Assembly (NCBI RefSeq): GCF_009914755.1
Contig: NC_060948.1
Length of the DNA stretch: 64,000 nucleotides
Reading direction: 5' to 3' (one strand)
Source of the DNA: the human T2T-CHM13v2.0 reference genome, Homo sapiens
Shown: one piece after another, positions 1-22,420 of the stretch
Layout: each line of letters opens with the position of its first letter
Numbering within the stretch: the first letter of the stretch is position 1
Translations under genes and position numbers: made by a program
Notes under the pieces: model-generated
The model's database searches: none
The model's input: only the letters and a program-made list of their open reading frames with translations
Told to the model about the DNA's origin: nothing

Positions 1-8270
<8,270 letters not shown>

Positions 8271-8279
8271 AATATATGT

Positions 8280-8590
8280 CTGTGTTGCATTCTATTTCAT
8301 TACTTTTGGTATTCTACCTTTATACCAGTATCAAAGTGCTTTGATTACTGTAGTACTTTGTGTGTGTTTGAAATTTGTTATGTGTAATGCTTCTAATATT
8401 TTTCTGCTTTTTAAAGCTTGTTGTGGTCTCAAGGTCTTATGTAATTTTGTGATTATTTTTCTATTATTGGAAAATTCAAATTTAAAATTTAAAACGGGTG
8501 TGTTTTATATGTGGGTTACACTAAGCAGCATGGACACATCATAATATTATATCTTCAAACCCTTAAAAGGAACATGCTCAAAATATGTTG
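8280..8590 (-). mobile_element. Old L1 (L1M-type) ORF2 fragment
   Basis: TTTGATTACTGTAG...TTTGAAAT...GTAATGCTTCTAA resembles degenerate antisense L1 ORF2. Confidence 0.5.
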
Positions 8591-8592
8591 TT

Positions 8593-9692
8593 GGCCAGGC
8601 ATGATGGCTCATGCCAGTAATCTCAGTACTTTGGGATGCTGAGGAGGGTGCATGCAGAGGTCAGGATGCTGAGGCCATCCTGGACAACCTGAAGAAACCA
8701 CGTCTCTACTAAAAAATAAAAAAAAAATTGTAATTTATGGTTGTTTGTGTGACCATATTGCAGGATCTTGCCAGCAGCCCACAATGCAATGGGGCTCTCT
8801 CTTTGTTCCCAGGCAGATCAGCAGGTTGAGAAATAATAGACACACACAAGGTAGTGAAAGCTGGGTCCAGGGGGGTCACTGCCTTCTGGTCCCACGGTGT
8901 AAACAATGCACTGGATATACCAGCATTTATTATTAAGTTTAGTGAGGGTGGGGGTAGGTTAGTGAGGGATTTAGGGTCATTTGATTATGAGGTGAGATGG
9001 TCGCATGGGGATGAAGTAATTCTTTAACATAACATCTGTATGCAGGAGTACAGTATACAGAGATAAGAATTTACAATATAGTGTGTGCATCAGTAATTTA
9101 TAACAGAGCCTTAAAACAGAAACACAGTCTTTCCATAACCTGTGATTAGCAAAATATTAATCAGCAGTAACAGTTGCAGCAAAAGCTGGTTATAAACAAT
9201 CCATAGAAACAGGATGTGAAGCTAGACAACTGGTTAGACCAGAAATTCTCAGAAGGGAGTATACCTTAACCCTAAAGAGGCCTAGAAGAGCCATGGCAAG
9301 ATGTGGGCATTGGTAGCCCTATCTTATCCATATAGACAAGCATCCCCCATGTATCCATTTATAGGCTCTCCACAAGGGTCGCATTCCATTCCCAGAGGTA
9401 TGAACATCTGCTTTTGCATGCAATTTTGTATTTACAATAATCAGGAGTATTTCATCTTTTATTCTGTAGCAATAGTTTCAGGGAGTCTTCCTACATGACT
9501 GTATTCTCAGCTACTCAGGAATCATGGCGGTTTGTGCACCTATATTCCCAGCTACTAGAAAGGGTGAGTCCACGGAATCGCTTGAACCCAGGAGTTGGAG
9601 GTTGCAGTTAGCCATCACTGTGACACTGCACTCCAGCCTAGGGACAGAGCAATACCCCATCTCAGAAAGAAAGAAACAAACAACAACAACAA
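8593..9692 (+). mobile_element. Alu split by a MER11D LTR (Alu parts 8593-8755 and 9496-9692)
   Basis: Left arm GGCCAGGCATGATGGCTCATGCC...CTCTACTAAAAA. Right arm resumes after the LTR with TGTATTCTCAGCTACTCAGGA...GCACTCCAGCC and an A-rich tail. Confidence 0.85.
8756..9495 (-). mobile_element. Solo LTR, MER11D-like (HERV-K11D family)
   Basis: Minus strand begins TGTAGGAAGACTCCCTGAAACTATTGCTACAGAATAAAAGATG and ends ...GCTGCTGGCAAGATCCTGCAATA, matching recalled MER11D termini. 6-bp TSD-like flanks TGACCA / TGACTG. Confidence 0.8.
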
Positions 9693-9840
9693 AACTTTTT
9701 TTTCTGTTACCAATTTCTAGTTTTATTCCTTTGGGCTATAAATAATTGAAAATTTTAACTTAAAAAATGTTAAGTCTTCTTTTGTGGTGTCACACGTGGT
9801 CCATCTAGGAAAATATTTTGTTAGCTATTGAAAATAATGT

Positions 9841-11932
<2,092 letters not shown>

Positions 11933-11939
11933 TTTTTTA

Positions 11940-14900
11940 GAGTTGACCTGGCCTTTGTCCCTAGCTGCCTTTAATAATTTGTTTTTCATTCAATTTGACC
12001 TTGTAGAATCTCATGATTATCTGTATTGCAAATGACCTTCTCATGGGATATCTTACTGAGGTTCTCTACATTTTGTGTATTTGAATATTTGCCTCGCTAT
12101 CTAGGTGGGAAAGTTCTCATGGGTGATATTCTGAAATATGTATTCAAGTTGTTTTCATTCTCTCCAACATTTTCAGACACTTTCTTAAATCATATATTTG
12201 GTTTCTTTACAAGATTAAATATTTCTCATAGGTTTCATTCATTTTTTTTTATTATTATTCTTATCTGCCTTATTTCAGAAAGCCAGTACTGAAAGTCTGA
12301 GATTCTTTCCTCTGCTTGGCCTGTTCTGCAATTATTTGTGAGTAAATTATAAAGTTTCTGTATTGTGTTTTTTAGCTCTATCACGTTGGCCATATTTTCC
12401 TCCAGACTGGCTGTTTTATCTGTCAGTTTCTACATTTTCCCCTTCTTTGTATTCGCTTGCAACTTACTTTTATAGCTTTATAAAGTTAATTTCTATCCAC
12501 ATTCTGAATTCTACCTCTGTCATAATAGGCCTTACTGGAAACATAATTTGGTTATTTGGATTAAATAAGTCACTCTGGCTTTTTTTTTTTCAACATTTTT
12601 GCACTGTTTTTTTCTCATCTTTGTGGGCATATCTTTGAAGTTGCTGAACTTTGAATCAGGTTTTGTTTTTTATTAATCCTATTTGATGTTCTTGAGTATT
12701 TGATTGTGGCATAAGCTGTTTTCATCCAATAGGTCTTGTTCCTGGGAGAAGGTTATTATTATTAATTTTTGTTGTGGGGTCGGGGGACAATGCTTAGCTC
12801 ACAACTCAGAGGTTACATACTCAGGGGGACTTGTATTGAGCCCCAATTGTCTTCCCTGTCTCCTTGATATTTGGAGTCTGCCACTTTGTGGGACTACATT
12901 GCCACAGCCGTAGCAGAGTGCTAGTTGATATGAAGTTTCTGCATGTCTTTGATTATTCACCTCAGTAGAAGGAGCAAAGTAGCTGGGATGGGAATAGGTG
13001 TTTCTGATGGAGACTGTGTGTGCTCTTGCACTAAAGGTGGTGTTAGCATGTGTCAGGTTGCTGGGTAATGAAGTTTTGAAGCCTTCTTTTTGCCCCCCAA
13101 AAAAGAAATGGTTGTTCATAGTGTGGGAGGATATGCTGTTCTCTGCACAGTGTTACCACAAAGGTAGTGGTGAGGCTTTTTGGCTCTAGGCCCACCAAAG
13201 CTTTATCTACAGTGGCAGTTGCTGTGGTGGCAGGTGCATACTGCATTTCCATTTGATGGTGGGCCAAGCAAAGCCAAATCTGCCTTTGAAGGCATGAGCC
13301 AGCAAACTAATATGAGAAGTTGCCATGTTTTGGGGGGAAGCTGCAGTGTGGGAAAGAAACATGTGGGCTGGTGCAGTCATAGAGGCTGCCTAGCTGGAGT
13401 TCTTCATGGGTCATGTGTGACTAACCAGTGTAGATGGTATAGTATGGGATCCCAGTGTGCCTGAGTCTGCCCTGTAAGGATCTGACTGCCAGACTGGGTG
13501 CCTGGGAGAGGTCAGCAAACCAAGGAGTGCTAAGCTAGACAAGCTTCTTCTGATTTGCAAAGCTGTAGTAGTTAGGTCCAACAGTTCCCTAGGGCTAAAG
13601 TCTCTCATGGGAAAAGTTGATCCCAGAGAAATGGCCTTCACTGGCCACACTACTACAGATGTTCTTGCACCAAATCCTCTGATCACCACATGAGCTGGCT
13701 TGCTTCCCTATCTCTTTGCTTGTTTTCTGAAGGCTGCATCTCAGAGAGATGTACATCAGCAATCCCTCAGTGCAGTCAGCTCATGATGGAGAATCTGTAA
13801 TTTTGGTGATCTTAGGGGTCCATTGTCTGGTGAGGAGCAGTGTGTAGTTTGTGGGACCCATGGTGAATGCACTGGCCTCCTGTCCTTGGGTAAACTGCAG
13901 CTTGTTTGATGTTTGAATAAGGCACTTAGGGTTTTGGATTTTTCATTAGTCTGAGGGTAGCTAGGACAGTTCTACTGCAGAGGCAATGGCAGAAATATCT
14001 TCAGTTTCCATTGGAGGCTCTCTCCAGGGAGTTGCTAATTTGCTACTCTTTCAACAGCTCTGGCAGTGATTGTCTAGTAGTCCAGGCTTGGAGAACTTGC
14101 CCAGTGAGAATATACAAGAACAGGTACTCACATAACAGTCTGGCCACTTTTCTGAAGGGCTGCTTCAGTATTCTAGGTGTCCACTGAAGTTTCTATTCAC
14201 CTCAGATTTTCCAGTACCTGAAGTTATCACCAGTGAATGCTGTCAGACTAAACAATTGCATCGTGCCCTTTTTCTCTGGGAGCTCAATCTCAGGGAGGTA
14301 TAGACCTCTTTCCAGCCCAATAGCACTTGTGGAAGGTAGCTGGAATCCCTTGTTGAAATTCCTTACTCAGCAACGAGAACATAACTGGGGAGCCACTTAA
14401 GAACGCACTCTAGTTACATTTTTGTAGTACATCTCTGCTGAGCAGAGGTACTACTTCCATCTCCAGTTTATTTGGATTATCCAAATCCAGAAGACTGGAA
14501 CAACTAAGTCACACACATAGGAAAAATTGCTGCTCACTCTTCCCTCTAGCAATTATATCCCAAAGAGTTTTTAAAATTCCATTGACCAAAAAGCACCAGT
14601 GGTGACAGCTGGACACTCTGGTTAGGAAGTCCTTTCCAGTGACAGAAAATGAGATGGTAACCTGATTTAACAGGCAGTCTGGCCATGTCTTCTTAGAACA
14701 CCTGTATTGTGCTAGGAAATTCTTTCTGCCCCCAGTTGGCTTGAGCTCTTCAAAGCCAGAAGGCTGGAATGGGTAACTTGCCTAAGGAGCTAAGGTGGTG
14801 TCCCACTCGACTTTCTGGAGTTTCATTCCAGGGAGGTGCAGTGCTGCTACCAATGGATGACAAGAATGCTAAGCCAGTAGGTCTTACCCTGTGAGGCACT

Positions 14901-15412
14901 GTGGACATGGGTCCTAGAGACCATCACTGCTCAGCTTCCTGGATTCTGCCTCTTTTATATGGTTACTTACAGAAATGTACCTTACTGCTTCGTTGGAGTT
15001 GCAAGTATTTTTTCTGGGAAACCTAGAAAGCCTGAATACCTAAAGCTCCTGAATCTTTGTACCGGCCTCAGCAGCTGATCTCCTGAGACTCCATTTAACT
15101 CTGTGTATTAAACTGAAGGCCTTGATGAAGTGGGTTCATGAAAAGATCTCATCTGATGGTTGCAAAGATCTGTGGGAGAATTGTGGTTTCCCAGGGTCAC
15201 ACATATACCCACTGCTTTACTGAGTGGGGAGGTTTACTTGGCTCCGTGTTGTTCCCAGGTGGCCCATTGTCCTGCCTTGCTTTATCCCATTCTTCATAAC
15301 TTATTTGATTGTTCCCAATCCAAGTACCTGGATGTTTCAGATGAAGGTGATGTATTTATTCACACCTTGCATTCTTCTCCATGAGAACTATACAGACTAG
15401 CTGCTTCTAGTC
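11940..15412 (-). mobile_element. Older L1 (L1PA13-16/L1PB-like) ORF1 remnant plus long 5'UTR
   Basis: 12050-12330 resembles antisense ORF1 (TTCATTCTCTCCAACATTTTCAGACAC...). GC-richer UTR-like sequence follows, with ~270-bp internal repeats, ending in GCTTCTAGTC near 15410. Confidence 0.65.
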
Positions 15413-16621
15413 TTATAATAGGAACCTACTTCTTTATATTAAAATAATTTAATATTTTTTCAAAAGTAAATATTGATGTAATTTAACTCTTACATTTGTT
15501 GCTATGTCTTCATTTCTAGAATTTATGTAAAAGAACATAGACAATGGTCGCTTCACCAGAGTTATGAGAGCTTCTTCTATATTAGATGGACAGATTTATA
15601 TATTTTGCGATGGAACATTAAGAAAACTGAAATCTAAGATACATGAAGAATTTCTAAGTGAAAAGGCCAATTACTGGTTGGCTTATAACAGTATCATAGT
15701 GATAGGATAATAGGAGTGTGGTAAGTGATCAGGATAATATTATACATAGTAACTGCAACAATTTGAATTTTAGAGGAAAACTGCTTTACCATTTGTAAAT
15801 TAATGTAATTAAAATACAGTGAATTTCAAAATACCTTTTTAATGACAATGTGTAGATTTAATTTTTTCTAGTTAACCAAAATTGTTGTTATTAATGCTAT
15901 TTTACATTGAATGTATGTCTTGCCACTGATATTGACATATCCTATCTTACTCAAGTTTGTAGGTAACAGATGGTAACAATATACTATTGGGTGACAGTAA
16001 AATAAAATCTCTACTGATTCTTTTGTCAGTGGCCTTTAACTTAAAATAATTTAGAAAATATAGTTTTTATAATTTACATTCATGTTTTTCTTGTAACTAA
16101 AGGTTATTATAATGGTTTTAATGGAGATTATGAGTATAATGGAGCTACATTCTTCTGAATTCTGAACAACTATTTACAAAATTTTATCTTACTTTTTTCT
16201 GTTAAACATATGACTTCTCTGGTCTGCTGAACATGCAAAGATGTTTAGTTTTAATTTATATGAATTTAAATATAGGAGATACATTATTGTGAGATAAACT
16301 TTAGGTTTGCAACAGATCTATAGCAAGGAATCATAGTTATTTATGGCTGTGTACCTATTTTGAGAAGCAAATAAAATATTAGAATGAAACGGATAATTTT
16401 ACAAGTGTTGATAACTTACCATCAAATAAGAAACTTCAAAGATTTTGAAAGCAAATCTATTTTCTCAGCTTTGTATCAAACTTATTTATTTAAAATATTA
16501 CTGCTCCTGGCTTAGAATCATTTTGTGGAAATTCTGCTTTATTTGTTTCTTTGTTTGCCTGTTGCTAATTGTAGACAAAATATATAATAATCTTTTCAGA
16601 AAATTTCATAAAACATTCTTT

Positions 16622-16849
16622 GGTTCAGATGTGGTGGCTCACATCTGAAATCTCAGCACTTTGGAAGCCTGAGGCAGGTGGATCACCAGAAACCAGGGAT
16701 TTGAGACCAGACAGGCCAACATACTGAAACCCACCTCTACTACAAATCCAAAAATTATCTGGGCTTTGTGGTGGGAGCCTGTAATCCCAGCTACTTGGGA
16801 GGCTGAGGCAGGAGAATCATTTGAAACCTGGAGGGGGAGGTTGCAATGT
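16622..16849 (+). mobile_element. Alu, 3'-truncated
   Basis: GTGGTGGCTCACATCTGAAATCTCAGCACTTTGG...GGAGGTTGCAATG, then an abrupt end with no tail. Confidence 0.9.
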
Positions 16850-18832
16850 ACCTTCAGTTCTGGGTAGATTTGGGACATTTGAGTGATATATAAACAGTGG
16901 TTATGTTGCATCAAGTTCTATGAAAACACAACTTCTGCAAGTAGTAAAACCCAATAAGATTAGAAATATTTTTTCAGATATTGAAAGACAAAGAACAAGT
17001 AAATAATCTTTTGAGTTTCGGTGGTTAATGCAGTCAGTAAATTTAATCTCATTTCTATAATCTTTAAATTTTACTACTGAAGACCACAATAGACTTTTTT
17101 CTCCTAAATTTTTGCAACTATGTAAGCATGTTCATAATGTCACTTCCATAAATAATATGAATATCAATTGGCAGGTGTATTAATTGCTAAAATAAAATAT
17201 TTGAGAATTGTATTACTTACCATGTACAATAAAATGTTTTTAAGTTGCCTAATTAAAAAATCTGTCAACTGAATTACATGTCTAGGCAATTTTTTAAATT
17301 GAGAATAAGATGTAAAATAATTTATACAAGTAACATAAACTAAGTTTATGGAAATTGTTTACTCATTTAAGAAATCATATTACATTTTAAATAAATTGCT
17401 ATGACCTGTTAATATTTGTGTAGCATATTATTTTATTTAAATTTTGCTTCTAAAACAAGTAACAATTTAAACAAAGAAGGAAACAACAATTCAATGATTG
17501 GCCTGAAAATAAATTTCAGGAAAATAAAAGGTTTGTATGATGACTTAATTAAAATAATGTGAAGAGTAAAAATCTTAATATATGTTTTTGTACATTTTTA
17601 AGCAAAAGTGACTCTGAGATAGAAATGGTCAGAAAATATTATAATTATATTTTTTATACTCTCTTGCTGACTTTTGCACTTAGAAAACCTCCAAAACAGA
17701 CCCAGGATTCCCTAGACATTTCTTCCAGGAGAACAACCAATGGAAATGAAGCAGAAGGCCATATTCACAAAGACAAATTGATGCTCACCTCCTAGATGCC
17801 AGTGGGTGCAGGTTGCTGAAAGAGTTGTACAGTCTTGGAGGTCCAGCAAGGGGCTCTGTGCATCAACCTAGAAAAAGAGCCTGGAAATCCACTGAGATCT
17901 CCTGCCTGCAGAGGTCTCAGAAAGCCCTGAGGGAGGCCAGCCTAGGTGTTCTGACCTGTTCCTGTCCGTTGAGTCCTGCCTCACCTGATAGTTTTTCCAC
18001 AAATAAATCAGGATGGCACCCACCAATGCCACCCCACTAGAGGAAGGAGATGAAGTGTGTCAAGGCACACACCCAGTTTGAAACATTAAGTGAATTATTG
18101 ATTAATTAGTCAATAAGTTAGAGCAGAATGTGCCACTGTGACCCCCTGAAATCACATTTTAGGAGGAAATCTGGGTGGCACCTGACTGACACTTTGTATT
18201 GGAGGTAGGATCAACAGGCTACCTGGGTTTCAGTGAGCATGTGCTCCTAGCCAACACGGGGAGACATGGGCTTGGCAAGAGCCGGCAATATGGATGACAT
18301 ACAGCACACATGCTGAGCTGTCAGGTGGGCACTAATGGGTAGGCATGAGGGTTCCCTGAGTAGGAGAAACCTCTCAGGGCTCTGAACTCAGCCCAGAGAT
18401 CCCCCAGGCTTTTGAAGCACAGGATGTACCTGGAGCTGGAGGGTGGGCACTTTGCAGTGGCTTGGTAAAAGTGGGGTGAGCAGCCTGTCACTGAGGGGCT
18501 TTCATTGCCAATTTTTCTAATGAGCAAATTGAGCCCCTAAAGCTATAATCCAGGAGGGGCAAAAGCAAGTGTCTGAGGCATCAGTTTTTTTCTTTACTGG
18601 CTCCCTTAAGCCTCAGACTTCCCTGGGCTTGCTTGAATCCTCTCTGGGCTTGCCTTGAGAAAAAGGATTCTTATTCCTTGTGAATGTAGGCAGAGAAGCA
18701 ACTGGTCATTTGTAGTAGGCCCAATCACAGCTTCTTTTGCGGGCTGACCTGGGCCTCTACATTTCACTGGACTGTGAAACTGGAATTCCAGAGTCCAGAA
18801 TTCACATTTTGTTCTAGAACCAAAGAATTAAG

Positions 18833-19344
18833 TGCCAAGACCAGATCAGTCAGGGAGATCCTTACCCAGGGGCACTACAGGGATTATAGACACACATATG
18901 TAAATATAGAGGTGTGGAGTGGGAAATAAGGGTTCTCACAGCCTTCAGAGCTGAGAGTCTCGAACAGAGATTTACTCACGTATTATTAACAGCAAGCCAG
19001 TGATAAGCATTGTTTCTATAGATTATAGATTAACTAAAAGTATTCCTTATGGGAAACAAAGGGATGGGCTGCAATGAAGGAATGTGTTTAGCTAGCTATC
19101 TGCAACAGGAGCATGTCCTTAAGGCACGGATCCTCATGCTATTGTTTGTGGTTTAAGAATGACTTTAAGTGGTTTTCCACCCTGGGTGGGCCAGGTGTTC
19201 CTTGCCCTCATTCTGGTAAACCCACAACCTTCCGGTGTGGGCGTAATGGCCAATATGAACATGTCACAGTGCTGCAGAGATTTTGTTTATGGCCAGTTTT
19301 GGGACCAGTTTATGGTCAGATTTTGGGGGGGCCTCTTCCCAGAA
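18833..19344 (-). mobile_element. Solo LTR, MER9 (HERV-K9/HML-3)
   Basis: Minus strand reads GGCCCCCCCAAAATCTGACCATAAACTGGTCCCAAAACTGGCCATAAACAAAATCTCTGCAGCACTGTGACATGTTC...CTGGTCTTGGCA. Length 512 bp. TSD ATTAAG / TTTAAG (5 of 6). Confidence 0.9.
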
Positions 19345-20247
19345 TTTAAGCATCCAGGCCAGAGCAGAAATGGGCCTGTTAATTCCATGGCACAAGGACG
19401 AAATCAGAGAACTGGCTTGACTGTTCAGCTACATCCAGGCCGGGTTTGTACTGTTTCAAGCAGGTCCCATTCTCTTCCTGCCTTCCATTAGCTCACCTGC
19501 AACTTGTCATCTGTACCAGACCTTTCTCTACCTGCCATATCCTATAATTTTTGAAATCCCTTCATGACTGCATGAGCCAAGCATCAAGGGTCAGAGAGCT
19601 CTAGCCTACTCAGGCTGTGCCAGGAATGGAAATCTCAAAAATTACCTCGACAATTAAGAATCATGTATAAATAGTACCAACTCTAGGAGGGGGGCTGTCA
19701 CATACTTAGATTCTTTTCTGGTCTCCACAACAAAAGATATGTTAGAAGGAGAAGGATAATAAGACACAACTCTGGCAGTTCTCTCTTTTAAAAGGCAACC
19801 TCAGCCTGGTCATTCTGGACCACAATTCTAAGGTTTGTTTCAGCATGTCCCACCTTGTAAAATAGTGTAACTGGGGCCCAGAATGTCATGGTCAAATGAG
19901 AAGCTGGAGAAGGAGCACCTTAGCAGCCTGAACACACCCATAACAGGAACAGACCCTACCAACTAAGAAGCCATCTTATTAACTTAGATATCCACACCAT
20001 CAATGTGCACACACAAGAGTCCTCTTAGATAAAATCCTGTCAACCCAGTGATTAAAAAAAAAAAAAAGCAAAAAAAGAATTTGAATCTAGAGTTTCAGGA
20101 AGAAGAATCTCTGTTGCCTGAAGCATACTGTATGATGGATGCAACTGACCATGTTAACTTTACTTGGAAATAACTGGTGACTAACCCTACATTAAAAGGG
20201 CTTCTGAGTGTTAAAACTTCCAAGTGAGAAAAATTGAGTTGTGGCCT

Positions 20248-20505
20248 GGCTGGGCACCGTGACTAATGCCTGTAACCCCAGAACTTACATAGTCTGAGCC
20301 AGGTGTATCACCAGAGGTCAGGAGTTCAATATCAGCCTGATCAACATGGAGAAACTTTCTACCTACTAAAAATAGAAAATTAGCCAGGCATGGTGGCACT
20401 TGCCTGTAATCCCAACTACATGGGAGGCTGAGGCAGGAGAAGATCATGCCATTGCACTCCAGTCTGGTCAATAGGAGTGAGGTTTTTGTCTCAAAGAAAA
20501 ACAAA
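20248..20505 (+). mobile_element. Alu with internal deletion in the right arm
   Basis: Alu arms are recognisable. GGCAGGAGAA is joined directly to GATCATGCCATTGCACTCC. Confidence 0.88.
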
Positions 20506-20509
20506 TAGT

Positions 20510-20860
20510 AGTGGCCAACCAGGAAATTATTATTTATCTTTGATGAACATCTGAGCCCCTGGTGTGTCGTATTCTGTGGCATGGAACACAGGCCACACAG
20601 GAGATTGAAACCCTTTTTTTGTTGTTAAATAAAGGCTGACAGGTGAAAGATTGTTCCGAAAAAATGTGCTAAATAAAAATACTATACAAACTGCAGGATT
20701 TTTGAAAGTGGGTGTAGTTATCCTACTAAGCCCACTGACACTGGACTTTCTCTCTTTTATGTAAGCCCCCAGTAAAACACCATATCTCATTCACTGGTTC
20801 TGAGTCTATTCTTTGACATCTTGAACTTGGTGCCATTTACACGGGAGTTGAATTTGACAC
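20510..20860 (+). mobile_element. Probable ERV LTR remnant, subfamily unassigned
   Basis: U3/R-U5-like segment CCCCCAGTAAAACACCATATCTCATTCACTGGTTCTGAGTCTATTCTTTGACATCTTGAACTTGGTGCCA. Confidence 0.4.
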
Positions 20861-21589
20861 AAATTACCCCATATTGAGGAAGGATTTCAGTCTCTGCTCA
20901 ATGTGCTTCAAAGCTCACCAAGGTATCAGCTTGGTGATAGAAGGATGCGGTTGTTCCCTTTATCACTGTGATTCAAGCCTCTTTTTTCAGATGAACCTTC
21001 AGTGGAATACCAAGAAAGATGAACATGAAGCACACCATACTCAGAAGCAACATTGATGCCAGAACAGGCAGTGACCAATTTCAAAGCAAAAGAGAGAATT
21101 TTCCTTCCTTTGTGAGCAACTTTCAACTTCTCTCATCACTTTCTGGCTTCAGTAATGGTTTCATCCTGGGTCTGGAGGAACCATAGGTCCTGGGTAGTAA
21201 AAACCTTCACTTTATCCTGCTGCAAAAAATCTTTCTTTTGACAAATATGTCCTCTATGATCATGAGCTTCTAAGCAATCTGGACAAAGCACAACCTAAAA
21301 CACCTATGAAAGAGAGATAAATAGGTGTTAGGGAAACAATCTCCCACTTTTTTCCTTGTCAAATTCAAACAACTTTGATGGTAGACAAATGTTCAGAAGA
21401 GGACAGCATAGTATAACTCCTCATCATGAGAGTTTGTAACCAAAGTTTTCAATCCTAACTGTGAGAGCTCCAAATAAAAACCAGAAGTTACTTCACTGTG
21501 CATCTATCAATGTCTCAGTGAACCACATTTTATTTGTAACACTGAGGAGCCTTCACTGAGGATCTATTTTTCAAATTCTGGAGAACCCC

Positions 21590-22420
21590 TGCAGAGAAAG
21601 ACAAACATGATCCAAATTGTGTACACAGGAGTACACCTTACTCACATATTAAAGGCTGTAAATGTCTCAAGATGTTTCCTTGACTCTGGTAAACTATACA
21701 AGTAGTAGTAATGTTTCAAGCTAAAGTCAGAAAGATTACTTCAGTTTTCTGTTAGTCCAGTCCATTCAGTTAACTCTTCTTTTGTTTGATATTCATGAAT
21801 ATTTTAGCTCTTTAAGAGTCCTCTAAGTTTTTCTTGTATTCCAATGTAACAAGCTCCAAAGTTATCACAAACCTGCAATTGAGAGCATTTTTCAAAGATC
21901 TGTAGCTGATTGAAAATGCTTTATAAAAAACATCAAAACAGGACAACATTTATCTGTGTATAACAAAATGTCCAGGGTAGTTACAGTCAGAAACATGGCA
22001 AAAATTTTCGTTATTTCTATGGTTTACAACAACTTAACATAACAAACTTAAGTAGGGATTATAGCATATACTTCAGACACTAGAATTTTAGAAATCTCAC
22101 TAAATTTTGGAACGTGTATTAGTATTAGTCACCAAAATATAATCTAAATAATATTAAACGCCATTTTGGCAATCCCATGTAATTAATCCTGTCATATAAT
22201 CCTGTTTATCTCTCTTGTGGATATACCAGGGACCCTCTGTAGCATCTAAAATCCAGAAATTAAGAAAGATAATTTTGTAGATAAAGTTTAACCAAAATGG
22301 TGGCTTAGAAATGTAAAAAGCAAAAAACTTCTTATAATTCTTTATGAATTTTGGCAAAGAACAGATTAGCGCCTTAGCAGTAACTTGTTGAGCTTTTATT
22401 TCAATGCCCAATTTACAAGC
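21590..22420 (-). mobile_element. MER4-group ERV1 internal sequence fragment
   Basis: Recalled MER4-int-like motifs: GATATTCATGAATATTTTAGCTCT, CTCCAAAGTTATCACAAACCTGCA, TAGAATTTTAGAAATCTCAC, CATTTTGGCAATCCCATGT. Confidence 0.6.

Noticed and set aside
15420-22420. KRAB-ZNF or TRIM60 pseudogene, often found near beta-satellite
   Set aside because: No C2H2 linker (HTGEKPY), KRAB, RING or SPRY motif is visible in the ORF track or by eye.
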